From Cirrosporium novae-zelandiae (Eukaryota): a stretch of 64,000 bases of DNA. The DNA lies in assembly GCA_026023565.1 (NCBI GenBank), contig JAPETS010000009.1:1-64000 (forward strand), given 5' to 3'. The notes under the pieces are model-generated. The model saw only the letters and a list, made by a program, of their open reading frames with translations. It was not told where the DNA came from and searched no databases. Of this stretch, positions 25,461 to 38,280 are shown in pieces. Position numbers and translations under genes: made by a program. Position 1 is the stretch's first letter, and each line of letters starts with the position of its first letter.

Positions 25461-28400
25461 TTGCCGTAAATGGGCTTTTAATGTTAAACTTGGCTAGTTA
25501 ACGTGACATGTGTCCTTCTTTGGGTCCCGGACTCGTGTGCCTTTTGTGTGGTGGGTGTTCTTATTTATGCAATCCGTTTTTCGCAAAACTCTTGGGGTCG
25601 GATCTTACATCTCATCTTGGATTTGAAGGTTAAGACGGAATACGGGAGAAGAAACGGCAGAGAAGAGCATTTATGGAATCGTCCGTCACATGCTAAAGAA
25701 GGTTGATGGTTTTGGATTTGGATTTGTGGGAAATAAGGCAACGAGAATAAAACAATGGAATAAAATAAGAGCAAAAATTCTTCGCCATAAGGATGGAATA
25801 TAGTGCATGTGAATATGTTGTGTTGTGTTGTGGCTTATAACTTATAGGGGTAGATTTGAAGTTGTTCTCTGGTAGGTGGTGGGGTGAATTATAACCGAAC
25901 TCTACTGAATTGATTTCAAAGTTGATTTGTAGCTCGGAAGAACACAAACAAGTTTTCAAGTAAAGGGTTAAGGTTGAGGTGGTTATGATGTAGAGGAGGT
26001 CCTCTGTGGGTAATATCAGTTGCTGTTTTCTTTCACATGGCCATTTATTTGTTTGTATATATTGTGGGCGAGGGGAGCTTGTTATTTCCGATGATTGTAT
26101 ACGGTCATGGTGCCCGTGAATTCGAAGCGGGTATTCGTGGAGTTGGTTGTTGATTGTAGGTAATGGATTTGAGATCCAAGATCTTGCCGGTGACATTGAG
26201 GTTGGAGGTAGGATATCGAATGAAGGGAGGTAGGTTGATATTCGTGGGAACTATTGTCTACACGATGAAGGCTGTCAATTCCCTGATGGATGTGAACATA
26301 GCCTAGGAAAGCTCCTAGGAATCCAATGAACGAGCTTGGACGGTCAATGATAGATCACTAAATTCAAGAATCTGTGGATAAAATGTTCGCAGAAAGTAAG
26401 GATAAGAATTAGCTAAAGTAGCCAAGTAAGTAAACCTGTGACTGGCCTGACACCCTAAAATATCAACATTTCTCATGGGGTTAGTGGTTAGGTCCTTGGT
26501 AAAAAATAATATTTTGCGGACAGATAGGCTTGGAAATCAAAATTCTTTTTGAAAGGCGAAAACAGCAAAAGGAGACGACACAAAGTTCTTACTTTGTCTC
26601 GGTCGGGAAATGAAGGATGGAAAAAACGCCTCCGTTGATTGTTGATAGCGGTTGCTTGGCTTGGATTGGAGGGAATTTCCCCCACCATCGAAATGCGAAT
26701 TTTCTAGTTCTTGGAACCAAATTGCCACCTTCGGAAAATGTTGGATTTACGACCTGCGGATGAAAGCTCAACGAAAAATTAAGATAGGAAGAGTTTGCGA
26801 TAGGGGTTGCAAATGGAGGATGGTGAGCATTAGAACTGTAAAACCTTAGACGGCTCCCAAGGGCCGAGGAATGGTAGAATAGGATCAACAATTGGTCATA
26901 TCTCGGTATACGGAAATCTCCAATGGAACACTGACGGTTTCCAAATGTACGAGCCGGGTAGGTGTCCCCGATCGGCATTGGCAAAGATCGCAGGTGTTAT
27001 CGAGAAGGGAACCAAATGCTACACTTGGACGAAACCAGCTCACCTTTGTCCACCAAGGCTGCATCATCTCCGGCCAGGCGGAGTATAGGTTTGTTGTCAT
27101 CCACGTGTCTGTGTGGTTGATTCAAGATTTAGGTGCGGGGTGGACTAAGCCCAAGCCTCACAAGGCTTCCTTGATAGTTGGTATGAAGTTGAAATGTCTG
27201 ATCGCAGATAGCTGGAAGCTAAGGAAAGTTGAGGATCGGTCCGCCCTGGTATACTTTCTATCGACATCTTAGGCTTCGGGAGTGTTGCTTCGGTGGATCG
27301 TGAGGTTGTCTGATTTTCAATTTGCGCGAAGGAGTGGATTATGGTCAGGGTGAGGGCGAAAGTGTTTTGAATCACTTGTGTTGGCCCACAGTGATTACAT
27401 TCTAGTTCATATTATGATTCGAGACCCTATGTGGAGCAAGTGAAAGGTATAATGGTAAAGGATTCCAAAAAGGGACAGTTCCGATGAGCCATGACAATCG
27501 TTAAGATGGCGTTGGAATACGAATTGATGTGTCAGGAGTAGAATATCTGAATAATCCCGAGGTGAACTAGAGGGGAGATACTAATGAAGTCAGTCACATA
27601 GTCAGTCACATAGCCTTGGCCTGAAATAGGTGATGGAGTCATCAGAATAAAATATCAAACATTATAAGGATGCAATTAAGATGGCAGGTGACAGGGAACT
27701 CGCAGAGGAAAGATGAACATCAGACAACAGGTCAGAAGTTTTTAAGACGGATCATGTTTGATATTCGTTCGCCGCCTGAGGCACCGAGACAGGACCTGCA
27801 TCGGAATATTTTACCGGGTTATCAAAGTTATTGTGGATATTCACGGGAAGAAGCGAGGGAAAAGGTTCCCCCAATATCCTCTTCGGGTTATAGTTAGGCC
27901 AACCGAGGATCCTCTTGGCGGGAATCGGCGGCTTGACTTGTCGATCCTCCGCGTAGCCCCAGAATAGGTGCCTGCATTGACGCTCCCGTCGTTTATGCAT
28001 ACACAACATACACAAACATTGGGCAAACATTTGCACTTTTTTTTTTTCAGTGGTGTGATGTTGCTTCATCAGCCAGACCTCCGATGGACAGCCCTTTCTC
28101 CTAGCCAAGCTAAACCATGTGTCAAAAGTGCGAAACATTACCTAGCTCGGCAAGTCAGAAGCCAAGACTCCCAATAAGACAATTTGTTCAACATAATTGT
28201 CATTATCGTGGCTATATCAAGTAAGCCGGTATCAAAGTGCCCGAGGTGCACCGGACAGGGGTGACGCGTGCTGAGTCCACCGTAGTTGGTACAGTCGATT
28301 TACCCGGCTACCAAAATCATGAGATGATAATCAGGGGTGGTCAGGATGACGGTCGTACTGCAATACAATACTACTACCCCGCCATGGGGGAGCCATTCAG

Positions 28401-31400
28401 CTTCTGTTTATGGAGCTATGCGGGGTGATTTTAGGGGTCCTTCCCAGGACTGATAAAGCTGAAGACGGATCATAATGAACTTGTGGGGGATAGAGCAATC
28501 GGCTATCACGGACACACTATCAAGTCTCGAACAGGGAACATTGATGCGGAAAGCATCGACTGCAGCCAGAGTTTAGTACCGGCTGCAAAACATTTTGGAG
28601 ATCCAAGAGATGGGATTTGATTACGTTTTGGTTCATCCATCAATACGGTAGGGGTGTAACAGATGCAGAGATCGGCCAGATGGAAGGGCTTGATCACTTC
28701 TCCTGCATACACTGCAAAGACGCAGAATGTAACAGGAACGAAAGCCAAAGCAGAGCAATAGCAATCTTTGGCGATTCATCAAGGCGCCCAGTACATTCGT
28801 CGAGTGGGCCATAACCCATGCATGGAAAGTGGATGCGACTGAAGCCTTAGAGGTTGTAATATTATCCTTCCTTGGTACGGAGTTCGTCGCCAACCAGCTA
28901 CTTTTGTATTCACGGGAAATACATGCCAGTTCAAGGACCAAAAGTTGAATTTTTTTTTTGTTTCACCAATTAGGCTGATTTCACGTGTATGAATTTCTTT
29001 ATGATGTTGCGATAAGTTGGGAAGATTTGACGGACCATGAATCATTGATAGTTGGCGGATGGATCAACGGAAGAATGAGATGATACAGGGTAGAAGGCTG
29101 AAGCAATCCTTGTCTACCTAGTTACCTTATATTTTTCAGCTGACTAACACGGTCAACCTGTCAAGGAAACTAGAAATGGCAATTCTCGGCAATCTGACGT
29201 CTACTGGGTGTGTACGATGTGTACGAGTCAGGCAGGGCGGCCTTGATAGATGGACCAATTGGGGATAATGTCCAAGGATGGGGGGAAGAAAAGATAGAAA
29301 AGATAAGTAAACTATTCCCAGTCCCGACATGTCCGGTTACTATGGTGAAATGAAAATCAACATCTCGGGATGAATCGGATATGTTGATTGTCGATCGGCA
29401 TTATTCCCTCATCCGACCTTGATTTTTCTTATCAGACGGCAACGGAATGAATCTCTGATTCTGGTCGAGACAAGTCCATGGATGGGCCATAATATGCTAA
29501 GGTGAGAAGTGGGTGGCAAGAACAATAAAACAATACGATATTCGCGATATTAGGGTAAGGTTTAGGATAAGAAAAAAAATGTGGAGGGCAGGAATGAAGC
29601 GGTAGTTGATGATAGTTGATGGTAGTTGAAGATGACAGGAACAACACAAAGCTGCCCAAAGTAACCATGTGGAAGATAGTTGCAGATGATAGTGGCAGGT
29701 TATGATTCGAGAGATGAGGGTGTAGATATCTGATGAAAAAATAGGATTGATGGATAAATATCTTAATAGGTTGGATATTTGGAGGGTTAAAGGCGTGGGT
29801 GTGGGTGATAATAGGATGGAATGGAATGGAATGGGTGGGCTGGCTGGGGCTGGTGGGCTGTAACTGTAAGCTACTTCGAGTATGTCAAGCTATGTCAATG
29901 TTATAAATCAATCTAATCAAAGTACACACACGTGGGTTGAACGAATGGAAATCAAATCATCGTTCATTTTCTGGTCCAAGTGGGTTTTACAGTCCATTGT
30001 TCATTGCTGATGCTCTCCACTTTGAGTGGCCAAGTTCCCCAACCTGATTGAGGTGATTATTTTCCAGTCCGACTAAGGGATGCTAAATACTACTAAGAAG
30101 TACGACGCTTCCACTAATATTGCTTAGGGTACCTCTAACATGGACCCACGCCCAAGTAAGGTACATATGTACATCGACATATCGCACATCTTACATATGT
30201 GCTTCAATTATCTATTGGTAAATCGTGGTCTTGGTCTGAATGGTTCAGGGATATCATCGACGGGAAAACCAAGAAAAAAGATGGATTGACAGATTGACAC
30301 TCGGACCACAATGGCAACAATCGCTGATGGATTGATGAATGATGAATGGATGCAGCTCATCTGGAATTGTGAATAATACAATAATATAGCAAAGTCTTAT
30401 CCAGTAATTGCTCTTAAGGTGCAGGGTGGACCTATCAGCGGGACGATCCTCTCTGCATCAACCAACAGTTTCTCACATGCATCACGGGCTTCAACGATAC
30501 GTCAGGTGCATCAAACCAATTGTTTCCGATATTTTCTCCTGATCCACAATATTTTAAATGCTGTCACAATGACACTGGGTAGGTCTGGCGTACTGATGAT
30601 TGCCACGATGTTTTGTCATGGAAATATCTTCAAACTCAAATACCCTGACTGCATTGGACTCGTAGAGATTCGGCTCGATTCGCTCGAATAAACAATCATC
30701 AACTGACAACAAGTTGAATGGCGAGTCAACCATTTTGCAGATGCATCGGCGAATAAGAATAATGTCTTGTCTTTTCCCCATGTAGTATGTGAGTACGTGC
30801 TTCATTTCTTCATTTTTTTTGTTTTTGGATAATGTTCTCGATAGGGATAGGTTTTACAAAAAGTCTAAAGTAAACAAGTCCGAGCATCAAGTAATGATGA
30901 TGCGCCAAGACAGGGAATCTTCAAGAATGGGCTGTTACGGCTATTAATTTTGACATTTCATGAAATCATCAAATTTCACTTGAGGCATTTTTTTTCTCTT
31001 TATTTTATTTTTCTTTTGTGAGGATTCAAAGTTTAAGAGATTAGAGAGAGAGAAAGGGAAGGGGAACCAGGACCAAGACCAAGACCAAGACCAAAGCATG
31101 ATTTGGATATATTATCGACACACCCCTAACCCATTAATAATCTCTCCTCTTGGTTCTTCGAGTCGTACACCCCCAGCCCCGCCACTTATTTACTTAGCTA
31201 CCACACACACACTCTTTCCTTTTAATAATGTACAATGTCTAATATGCCTAATGTCTAATTAAGTAAAAATAAAACTAAAAAACTCCTAAGATCCTAACAG
31301 TAGAATTCCCCCTAAAAACAAAAAAATCAGAATCTAAGCCTCTCACACTTTATCCATGTAAGTTAGTCCCACCACTCACCACCCACCACTCACCACTCCC

Positions 31401-31820
31401 AGCTCAACACACCTTACTAACTGATCCGAGTCGTTCGTTAGCTCACCCGTTGGTCGTCGGTTTCTCGTCTTAGCTGTGATCGTTAGCTGTCGTTAGCTGT
31501 CGCCCTCACTCGTTACTTTTTAGTGTTATACTTTCCAATGACATTTCGACGGCTTCCCCAACTTGTCCCAAACCCCAAACGTGCCGCCGCTTTGTCAATA
31601 TACTTTCTCACCATTGTTTGCGGCGGATCGAGATGATCCTTGCTGTGCCTAGCTTCCAAGAGTGAGGTTGGTGTTATACCATCATGATTTGGTCTCTGCT
31701 GAAATATGTCACGGCAGGCCACGGATATCGATATAACAAACCCCTCCTGCCCTTAACTTCTCACCTTTATTCCACCAACCTTCCTTGGTATCAGATAAAT
31801 GTGCACTGTTGATGCTCAGC

Positions 31821-33737
31821 ATGTCAAAGTGGTGGAATCAAGAGCACATTAACCTAACAGTCACTCGCAACTTTATCTTATCCAACCTTCAACCTCATCA
31901 CCAACAACTGCTCTCCTATTCTGTCTCATTTGGTGCCGGCCTGACCGACGCCTCTTACCTGGACTGGATTATAGAAAAGGCTAAACGTCTCTTCTTGATC
32001 CTTCTTGACATAGGAACACCCGAGTCCATATTTGCTCTCATCGACGCATCCTACGACGATTCAGATCTACCCATTCCCTCTAGCAAGATGGATAACATGC
32101 CGTTAGCTACGCCTACAAACGATCAATCCTTCTCTCAAGCGTTCTACCGTACGCAACATGATTACCTGGATAGAGACTTGACCCAAGGATCCCACCTCAG
32201 GTATTTGCCCGAAGAGACCGTACCAGGCCAGGTAGTCGAACAGAAGCAAGGCATGCCGCTCAACAATCTCTGGAGCACAAAGGTTGTGATGCCTGGAACA
32301 GTTCGGAAAGTCTGTACCCGCCTCCGCATTCCGCTGGACCAGCCTCCCACAGAGACCAAGGAGAGTGAACTGTTGCATGATATCGAGGCCATCAGGGCAT
32401 ATACCCATGAACATATCGTCTCAGTATGGGCATCCTACACCTTTGACAACTGTGGCTTCGTCCTTCTGGACCCAGTGATCGAGACCACCTTGAAAGTATT
32501 TGTCAACGATCCCCCGCGACAATTTAGAGCCCTGCCAAGAGATACGCGAAATGAAATATTAATCAACTGGCCCCACTGTTTAGCAGAGGCCCTTGCCTTT
32601 ATCCATCGAGGTGGCTGCTCCCACGGAGCCATTAGACCATCCAATATCCTGATTGACTCCAACTACAAGATCCTCCTGGGCCCTTTGAATTCCATGAAGA
32701 CTTTGCAACTCGCCAGCAAATCCAGTGAAACTGAAGCCTACGATTATGCTGCACCTGAACAGTTTCTTCCTGACTGGGAAGGTGATTCCTATCCTTGGCC
32801 AAGGACAGAAATAGACAGTGGACTCAGTTCTCACCATTCAAGCTGGACAGGTGAACCATCGCCTATCGAGACCGCCCTCAACAACGAGGAGAATGGCTAC
32901 TTTAGCAAACCAAGCTCCAGCGAGACCAACATGGTACAATCCTACTTTTCATCAGCGTCATCCGACACCGACAACGATGACTCAAGTTCCATCTTCTCTC
33001 CTACCATTCGAACCCATGCGTCCAGCTTTTCATCTTGGACTAGTACCAAGGCAAACGCTTCCCTTGCTGCGGATATCTTCTCTCTCGGTGCTGTCATCCT
33101 TGATATACTCACCCATCTCCTTGGACGAAGGGCTTCCGCCTTTAGCCTACACCGCTCCACCTCTGCATGCAGATCAATCCCAAAGACCGTTCCAATTCCG
33201 GTCCTTCTCCCCCCTGTCAGCCGTAACGTCCCTAATGTGTCTGATCCTTCCATGCTTGATTCCAGCTTCCATGCCAACATTCCTCAACTTGTTACATGGA
33301 TGGATTCTCTTGATGATGCCGCATTTGCCAGGGATGACCAGCTTTTCCGTGGGATTCCTCCAATGCTTGCCCTTTTGCCTCGTATGCTATCTGAAATTTC
33401 TTCACGACGTCCTTCTGCTGTAGAAGTCGAAGATCGACTTGATGATGCTCTTTTCCGTTTTGCTCATTTAACTGATCTTCATTGCGGTAAGGGGCATTTT
33501 GCGCCTACACCCTTGTTCGGCGTTCCTTTCAATGATGTGGAGGATACCGACCTTGACGATCTCGACTTTGAGGGTCTCGAGTTGAACCTGAAGAAGAGAC
33601 CAAATAATCTCAGAAGTAAATCATATCCGATCGCAAGTACCAGGACCCCCCCAAACGCCAGCAACTCGCCGTTGCCAATGGAAGGCCCCACATTTGACTC
33701 GGATGAGCTCTTTTCACGGCTTATCCACTTTCCGTGA
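31821..33737 (+). CDS. Protein kinase-fold protein, probable pseudokinase
   Basis: Intronless ORF, probable ATG 31821 (MSKWWNQ). Motifs HEHIVSVWASY, LAEALAFIH, HGAIRPSNILID, YDYAAPE, ADIFSLGAVIL and RRPSA. Confidence 0.88.
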   Translation: MSKWWNQEHINLTVTRNFILSNLQPHHQQLLSYSVSFGAGLTDASYLDWIIEKAKRLFLILLDIGTPESIFALIDASYDDSDLPIPSSKMDNMPLATPTNDQSFSQAFYRTQHDYLDRDLTQGSHLRYLPEETVPGQVVEQKQGMPLNNLWSTKVVMPGTVRKVCTRLRIPLDQPPTETKESELLHDIEAIRAYTHEHIVSVWASYTFDNCGFVLLDPVIETTLKVFVNDPPRQFRALPRDTRNEILINWPHCLAEALAFIHRGGCSHGAIRPSNILIDSNYKILLGPLNSMKTLQLASKSSETEAYDYAAPEQFLPDWEGDSYPWPRTEIDSGLSSHHSSWTGEPSPIETALNNEENGYFSKPSSSETNMVQSYFSSASSDTDNDDSSSIFSPTIRTHASSFSSWTSTKANASLAADIFSLGAVILDILTHLLGRRASAFSLHRSTSACRSIPKTVPIPVLLPPVSRNVPNVSDPSMLDSSFHANIPQLVTWMDSLDDAAFARDDQLFRGIPPMLALLPRMLSEISSRRPSAVEVEDRLDDALFRFAHLTDLHCGKGHFAPTPLFGVPFNDVEDTDLDDLDFEGLELNLKKRPNNLRSKSYPIASTRTPPNASNSPLPMEGPTFDSDELFSRLIHFP

Positions 33738-36700
33738 AGATGACAATATTCCTCTTGGGTTTCTTTAGCGTTATCTGTCTGGATGTCGTACTCGATCGAG
33801 GCTATTTTACTTGGAAATTGTGATAATGGAAGTGGGTGGTTGGAATGCCACTCCAACTTCCTGGATCTTTTCCTTGAATATTTGGGAGGTCCTTGACGTT
33901 TGAATTTGACGAGACCCCCTGTCATTGTCTTTCCTGCCTTTATCACAAGACCAAAAATCGAAAAAATAAAGTTTGAAGGGAACAGATGAATGGACCAGAG
34001 TGAGCTGTGATGGGCACGGATTTAGCAGACTTTCCCATATTGCGGACCCTCTAAATCCGTTGGAGCGATCTGCTGAGTCGTGATCCTAGGGTACTTTCTT
34101 TTATTTTCTACATGATGTCTTATTCCTTTATCTTTTTTTAATTTTTACCGTCCCTAGCAAATCTTCAAGCGGAGGGCAGAAAGTGACCACGATATGATTT
34201 GGTATGAACATCAGCAACAGTAAGCAACAAAAGTGACATGGACATTTTTTATGGAATGAATCTATTGTGTCCACATGAGTGAGACCTGGGGATGGAACAC
34301 GAGCAACAGAAACAAAAGCTTTATGGGACTGGAATTTCTTTTCCCCTTTATCTGTTTTGTACGGATCTGCTTGCGTGCTTCATCTCCACCGTTGACTGAT
34401 TGGTGCAATAACACAAAAATAGCCACACACACATAAGTGCCTTGGCACTATTTTTCGGGGTTAGCTAGTTTGAGAAACCTGGCAAAGCATGTATGTATGA
34501 AAAGGATTTGATTGAATGAATTGAATGAGTAAATGATAAATGAATGAAATTGTTTACTTTTTGATTTTTTGAATTAATGGTCATGGCTTTGTGGCTGATA
34601 CTTTCAATGTAAAAAGTATAAAAACATAGCCTCGAAGCAAGATGTCCCCTATTACTTTGGAAGCCATGGAAGCCACGGAAGCCAACGGTATTGGCAGGAG
34701 TATGCTAAGAAATTAACCCCTTTTTCCAATTATTTTCCAAGGCAGCGCCTCAGTAACCAACACGTTGATTAACGAATGGCTATCATTCATCATACATAAC
34801 AAGCCCTGTTGTCTGGCACTTTTGCAACGAAAAGCAGATAGGGTGTTTCGGTCAGGTGGAAGCAGTCAGCCTGTCTAAACCTTTCGTATAGCACAATTAA
34901 CATATATATACCCAGGCATCTATACAAGTTCAGTTCAGGTACTTACTACTATGCAGGTACAGTAAGCAGAAGTAAGCAGCAGGAGAATAATATAACCCTT
35001 ATTATTATTATTATTAATTCCTTAGATATGACAGTGCTTGAAAAATCAAAATGTTTCTCTCTCTTCTTCGTTTAAGGGGTTTGAAAGGATCCCTAATTAC
35101 GCTTACTTACTTACTGTACATGTACTTATCCGAAGAAGGGGGATCGGGATCGGGATTGGAGAATCTTGAAAATTTTATTTAGTTAGTTAGAAATAGATAA
35201 ACACACATTTGAAGAGAAAGAGAGAGAGAGAAAGGATCAAATCCCCTTAAAGAAGGGGGTCAAAGCTCCTGGTCCTTCCCAAATAATAAGTTTACCAAAA
35301 AAAAACCTCCATCATGCATGGAGAAGAGAATGTTGAGTTATCAAAAGGGTTACTGAGTAACCTAGTAGTGCATGCGTATACACCATCCATCCTTCCCGCC
35401 TATAGTCCCCATCCGTCCCTGTCCCCCTTGGCGTAAATATCAGAAAATATCAATCAGTACAGTACGCCTTCCCCTCTTTTTCTCTTTTCCTCTTTCTTTT
35501 CAAACAACCACTTCTCACACTTCTAAAAAATTTCTTTTGAAAAAGGTTAGCAAACAAACACGCGTGCAGACGTTCCCTAGCTAGCTATGCTATGCATGGG
35601 TTTATATTATGCTTGTATTTGTCCTTGTCTCTGGAGTGGGGGTTTGATAGTGGAGGGGGGAGGGAGGGGATAGGTATGTGGATGGGAATGGGAGTGGTGA
35701 CCTCCTCCCTTTCCCACTCTCACCTGGAGGTAGTAGTGGTAATAGGTATAATAAAATAAAAATAACCCATCATTCCCATGTCAAATACTTCTTAACCTGT
35801 ACATACACACTCTTATCCCAACCCATTCCATACCTAGCGACTCAATCCCCACCCCCCCCCCAGCTCTAACCACAAACATCGAGCTATGTTGGGGTGTAGA
35901 CGATGCACCTCGGATTCATATATAGGAAGAAGAATTTTGATATGGCTGGAGAAGGTAGAAGGAATAGGGTTGTGTTATATCTTTGTGTGTGTGTGGTATG
36001 TATGGTATAGTAATTATGTAAACCGTAGACTCCCCCTTTCTATATGCTGTAGGTACAGTACCGACTAACCTTGTCCATGTTGGTTGAATAAGCCGTAAGG
36101 GATGGTTGATATATTTTACATTATATTATATTAAGAGATAGGTCTCTTTGCTACAGCATCCATCATCATCATCTACATGCATCAATCCTATTGCCGTAGA
36201 TACGTTATCCTTCTTTGAGGTGAGGAAGGGGTCGTTTTAGGGTCCTTGAGGTCTAGGTTTAGTGAGGGTGTGGGCTGGGGGGTTCTTGGGTTAGCTGGAG
36301 GTTCAACTGTTGTGAATGAGGATGATAACGGAATAATTATTTGCCCTCGGTTCTGTTTGCAGTGTTTGCGCTGTACCCCCTCTGTGATGTTGGGAAGTAT
36401 ATTAACCCTAGGCTTCACCCTTTTACAGTATACAAAACTTAAATCATCCTCATCAGGATGAAATAGGCAACTAACCCTTTACACAATATTTGTTGGAACG
36501 CTGGCCCCAGAAGACGCCGCGACCATGATACATGCTTACAACCATTGGTTAGGTCTACTCAGGCAATAAGATCGGGCACCTAAAGAAAGAGGGCGGTATA
36601 ACTACTGTGGATAAAAGAAAATATAGACAATCAAAGTTTCTTATTTACAACTCGGTGACTACAGATGAAAGGTAAACTTTCTTCAAGCTCACTCAAGCCA

Positions 36701-37619
36701 AACTCCTAATATCTGAAGACAGGTCTAGGCCGAGAAACAGATCGACAGGGAAATAATCACCCCAACTTTTTTATACGGGACTTCACCAAAAAATTGAAAT
36801 TTTACGAAATTTATATTTAATGTTTATTTCTACTTCTCGGTCCGCGATTCTAACTTTCCTGTCTCAGATGTCTCGATTTGTTAGTATGGTTACTTTTGCA
36901 GGAAAGATCGGTCTAATGACCAATTCTCTCCAGAGCTTCGTTACATTAGCTATTCACAATCACCTCTCGCAATGTCTATTTTGTTGCAGTGTTCTCCGCC
37001 AATATCTAGCCACAAAACAAGAGTGCTTTTATTTTCCGCACCTAGCATCTAATCTTTGTCTTTGTTGGAACAAAAGTTCCTAGAGTACTTCCAGTAATGG
37101 AACAGCAAGGTGCAAATGTGATTGATTGTCCATGAGCCTGAGCTTGCCCCGGGTAGTATGAAATAATCAAGGTGTAGTTCCGGAGATGGTCGCGTTCGGT
37201 GTGTATGAATTTGACAACACTCTTTCTCAAATCCTTCTCTGTGGCTGTTACTGCCGCAACCGTTGTAGGCATCTTTATGGCTGGCACATACCTTCTCGTT
37301 ATGGGATTGTTTTCATTTTAGCTGTATATATCTTCTACACGGATCTAAAGTCTATTTTTTCCATTTCACCACCCCGTGCAACTTTCACGGGCATAGGATG
37401 CCTGGTATTCCCAATAACCCCGACACGATAGGCGCTCTTGCAGAGGTCCAGAAAGCTAGGAAAGAAGGACCGCCCGCCCATACGTCTTGTTCCTGTTATC
37501 TCGGGGTTGTTTTGAAATCTAGACTGGAGGTGGTGTGGTCTTGCGATAAATTCACCTTATCCTGGAGCTTGACAGGTCATCTTCTAGGAAAACTCATTAC
37601 TATAGTGTAGATTGCGGCA

Positions 37620-38280
37620 CCATTCTTCGACAATTTCACTAATGACATGAAATAGTCTACTTTATTTCGTCAACTATCTTCAACAACCATAATGGACGCC
37701 ATGTGTTTGGAGGTGAGTTGTGTTGGATGGATGGCGCCCTGCCTTAACAGGTTCCTCGCCCGAAACCAAGAGGAGAAAGCCTTTCCCCAAGCCCATTACT
37801 CTACCCTAGAGAACGGCATAAATTTTCAGAACCCTGATACCCAAACCCTTCTCCGCTGGATGGAATCGATGTCTTGGGCATTGGGTCCATATTTACGTTA
37901 TGTCACTATCGAGTGGTATTTCTGTCTTTGTGAAGGCAAGGTTTTAGTTATGTACGATTTAGAAAGCAAGTTATTCGGAGACGACATGGGGGCACTACGG
38001 GAAAGCCTAGCAATTATCGTTTTGAATCGATTCAGTAAATATATATTTTCTGGTCTGCCTTGTCCTGGTAACTGATTTGTATATCACAGCAAGGATTCAC
38101 TATCAAAATGGGGAACATCTTCAGGAATTGCCCCTATTATATGAAGAGTTAGTTTCCCCCATGTACCTCTTCTTTTAGAACAGTAAAAAACTAACTATTT
38201 AGGCTAGGCGTTATGATCAGCCAGAAATCGACCGACACTGGAGGAGGCACGCCGAACCGAGTGAAAACAATTCCCCATTG
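37620..38280 (+). pseudogene. Possible degenerate multi-exon gene of unknown function
   Basis: Intron-like segments GTGAGT...TTAACAG (37713-37750, unusually short) and GTTAGT...CTAAC...TAG (38148-38202). In-frame TAA at 37690-37692 in the frame that joins the longest exon. No recognisable domain. Confidence 0.25.

Noticed and set aside
25693..26196. 167-aa minus-strand ORF
   Set aside because: No recognisable motif, composition follows local strand skew, and no supporting splice structure.
26440..29600. Telomerase RNA or other structured ncRNA (TTAGG-like words at ~26480 and ~29550)
   Set aside because: No full TAACCCTAA template and no recognisable conserved boxes. A covariance-model search would be needed.
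31788..31819. GT...CAG segment as a 5' intron of the pseudokinase
   Set aside because: Only 32 nt, too short for a confident intron call.
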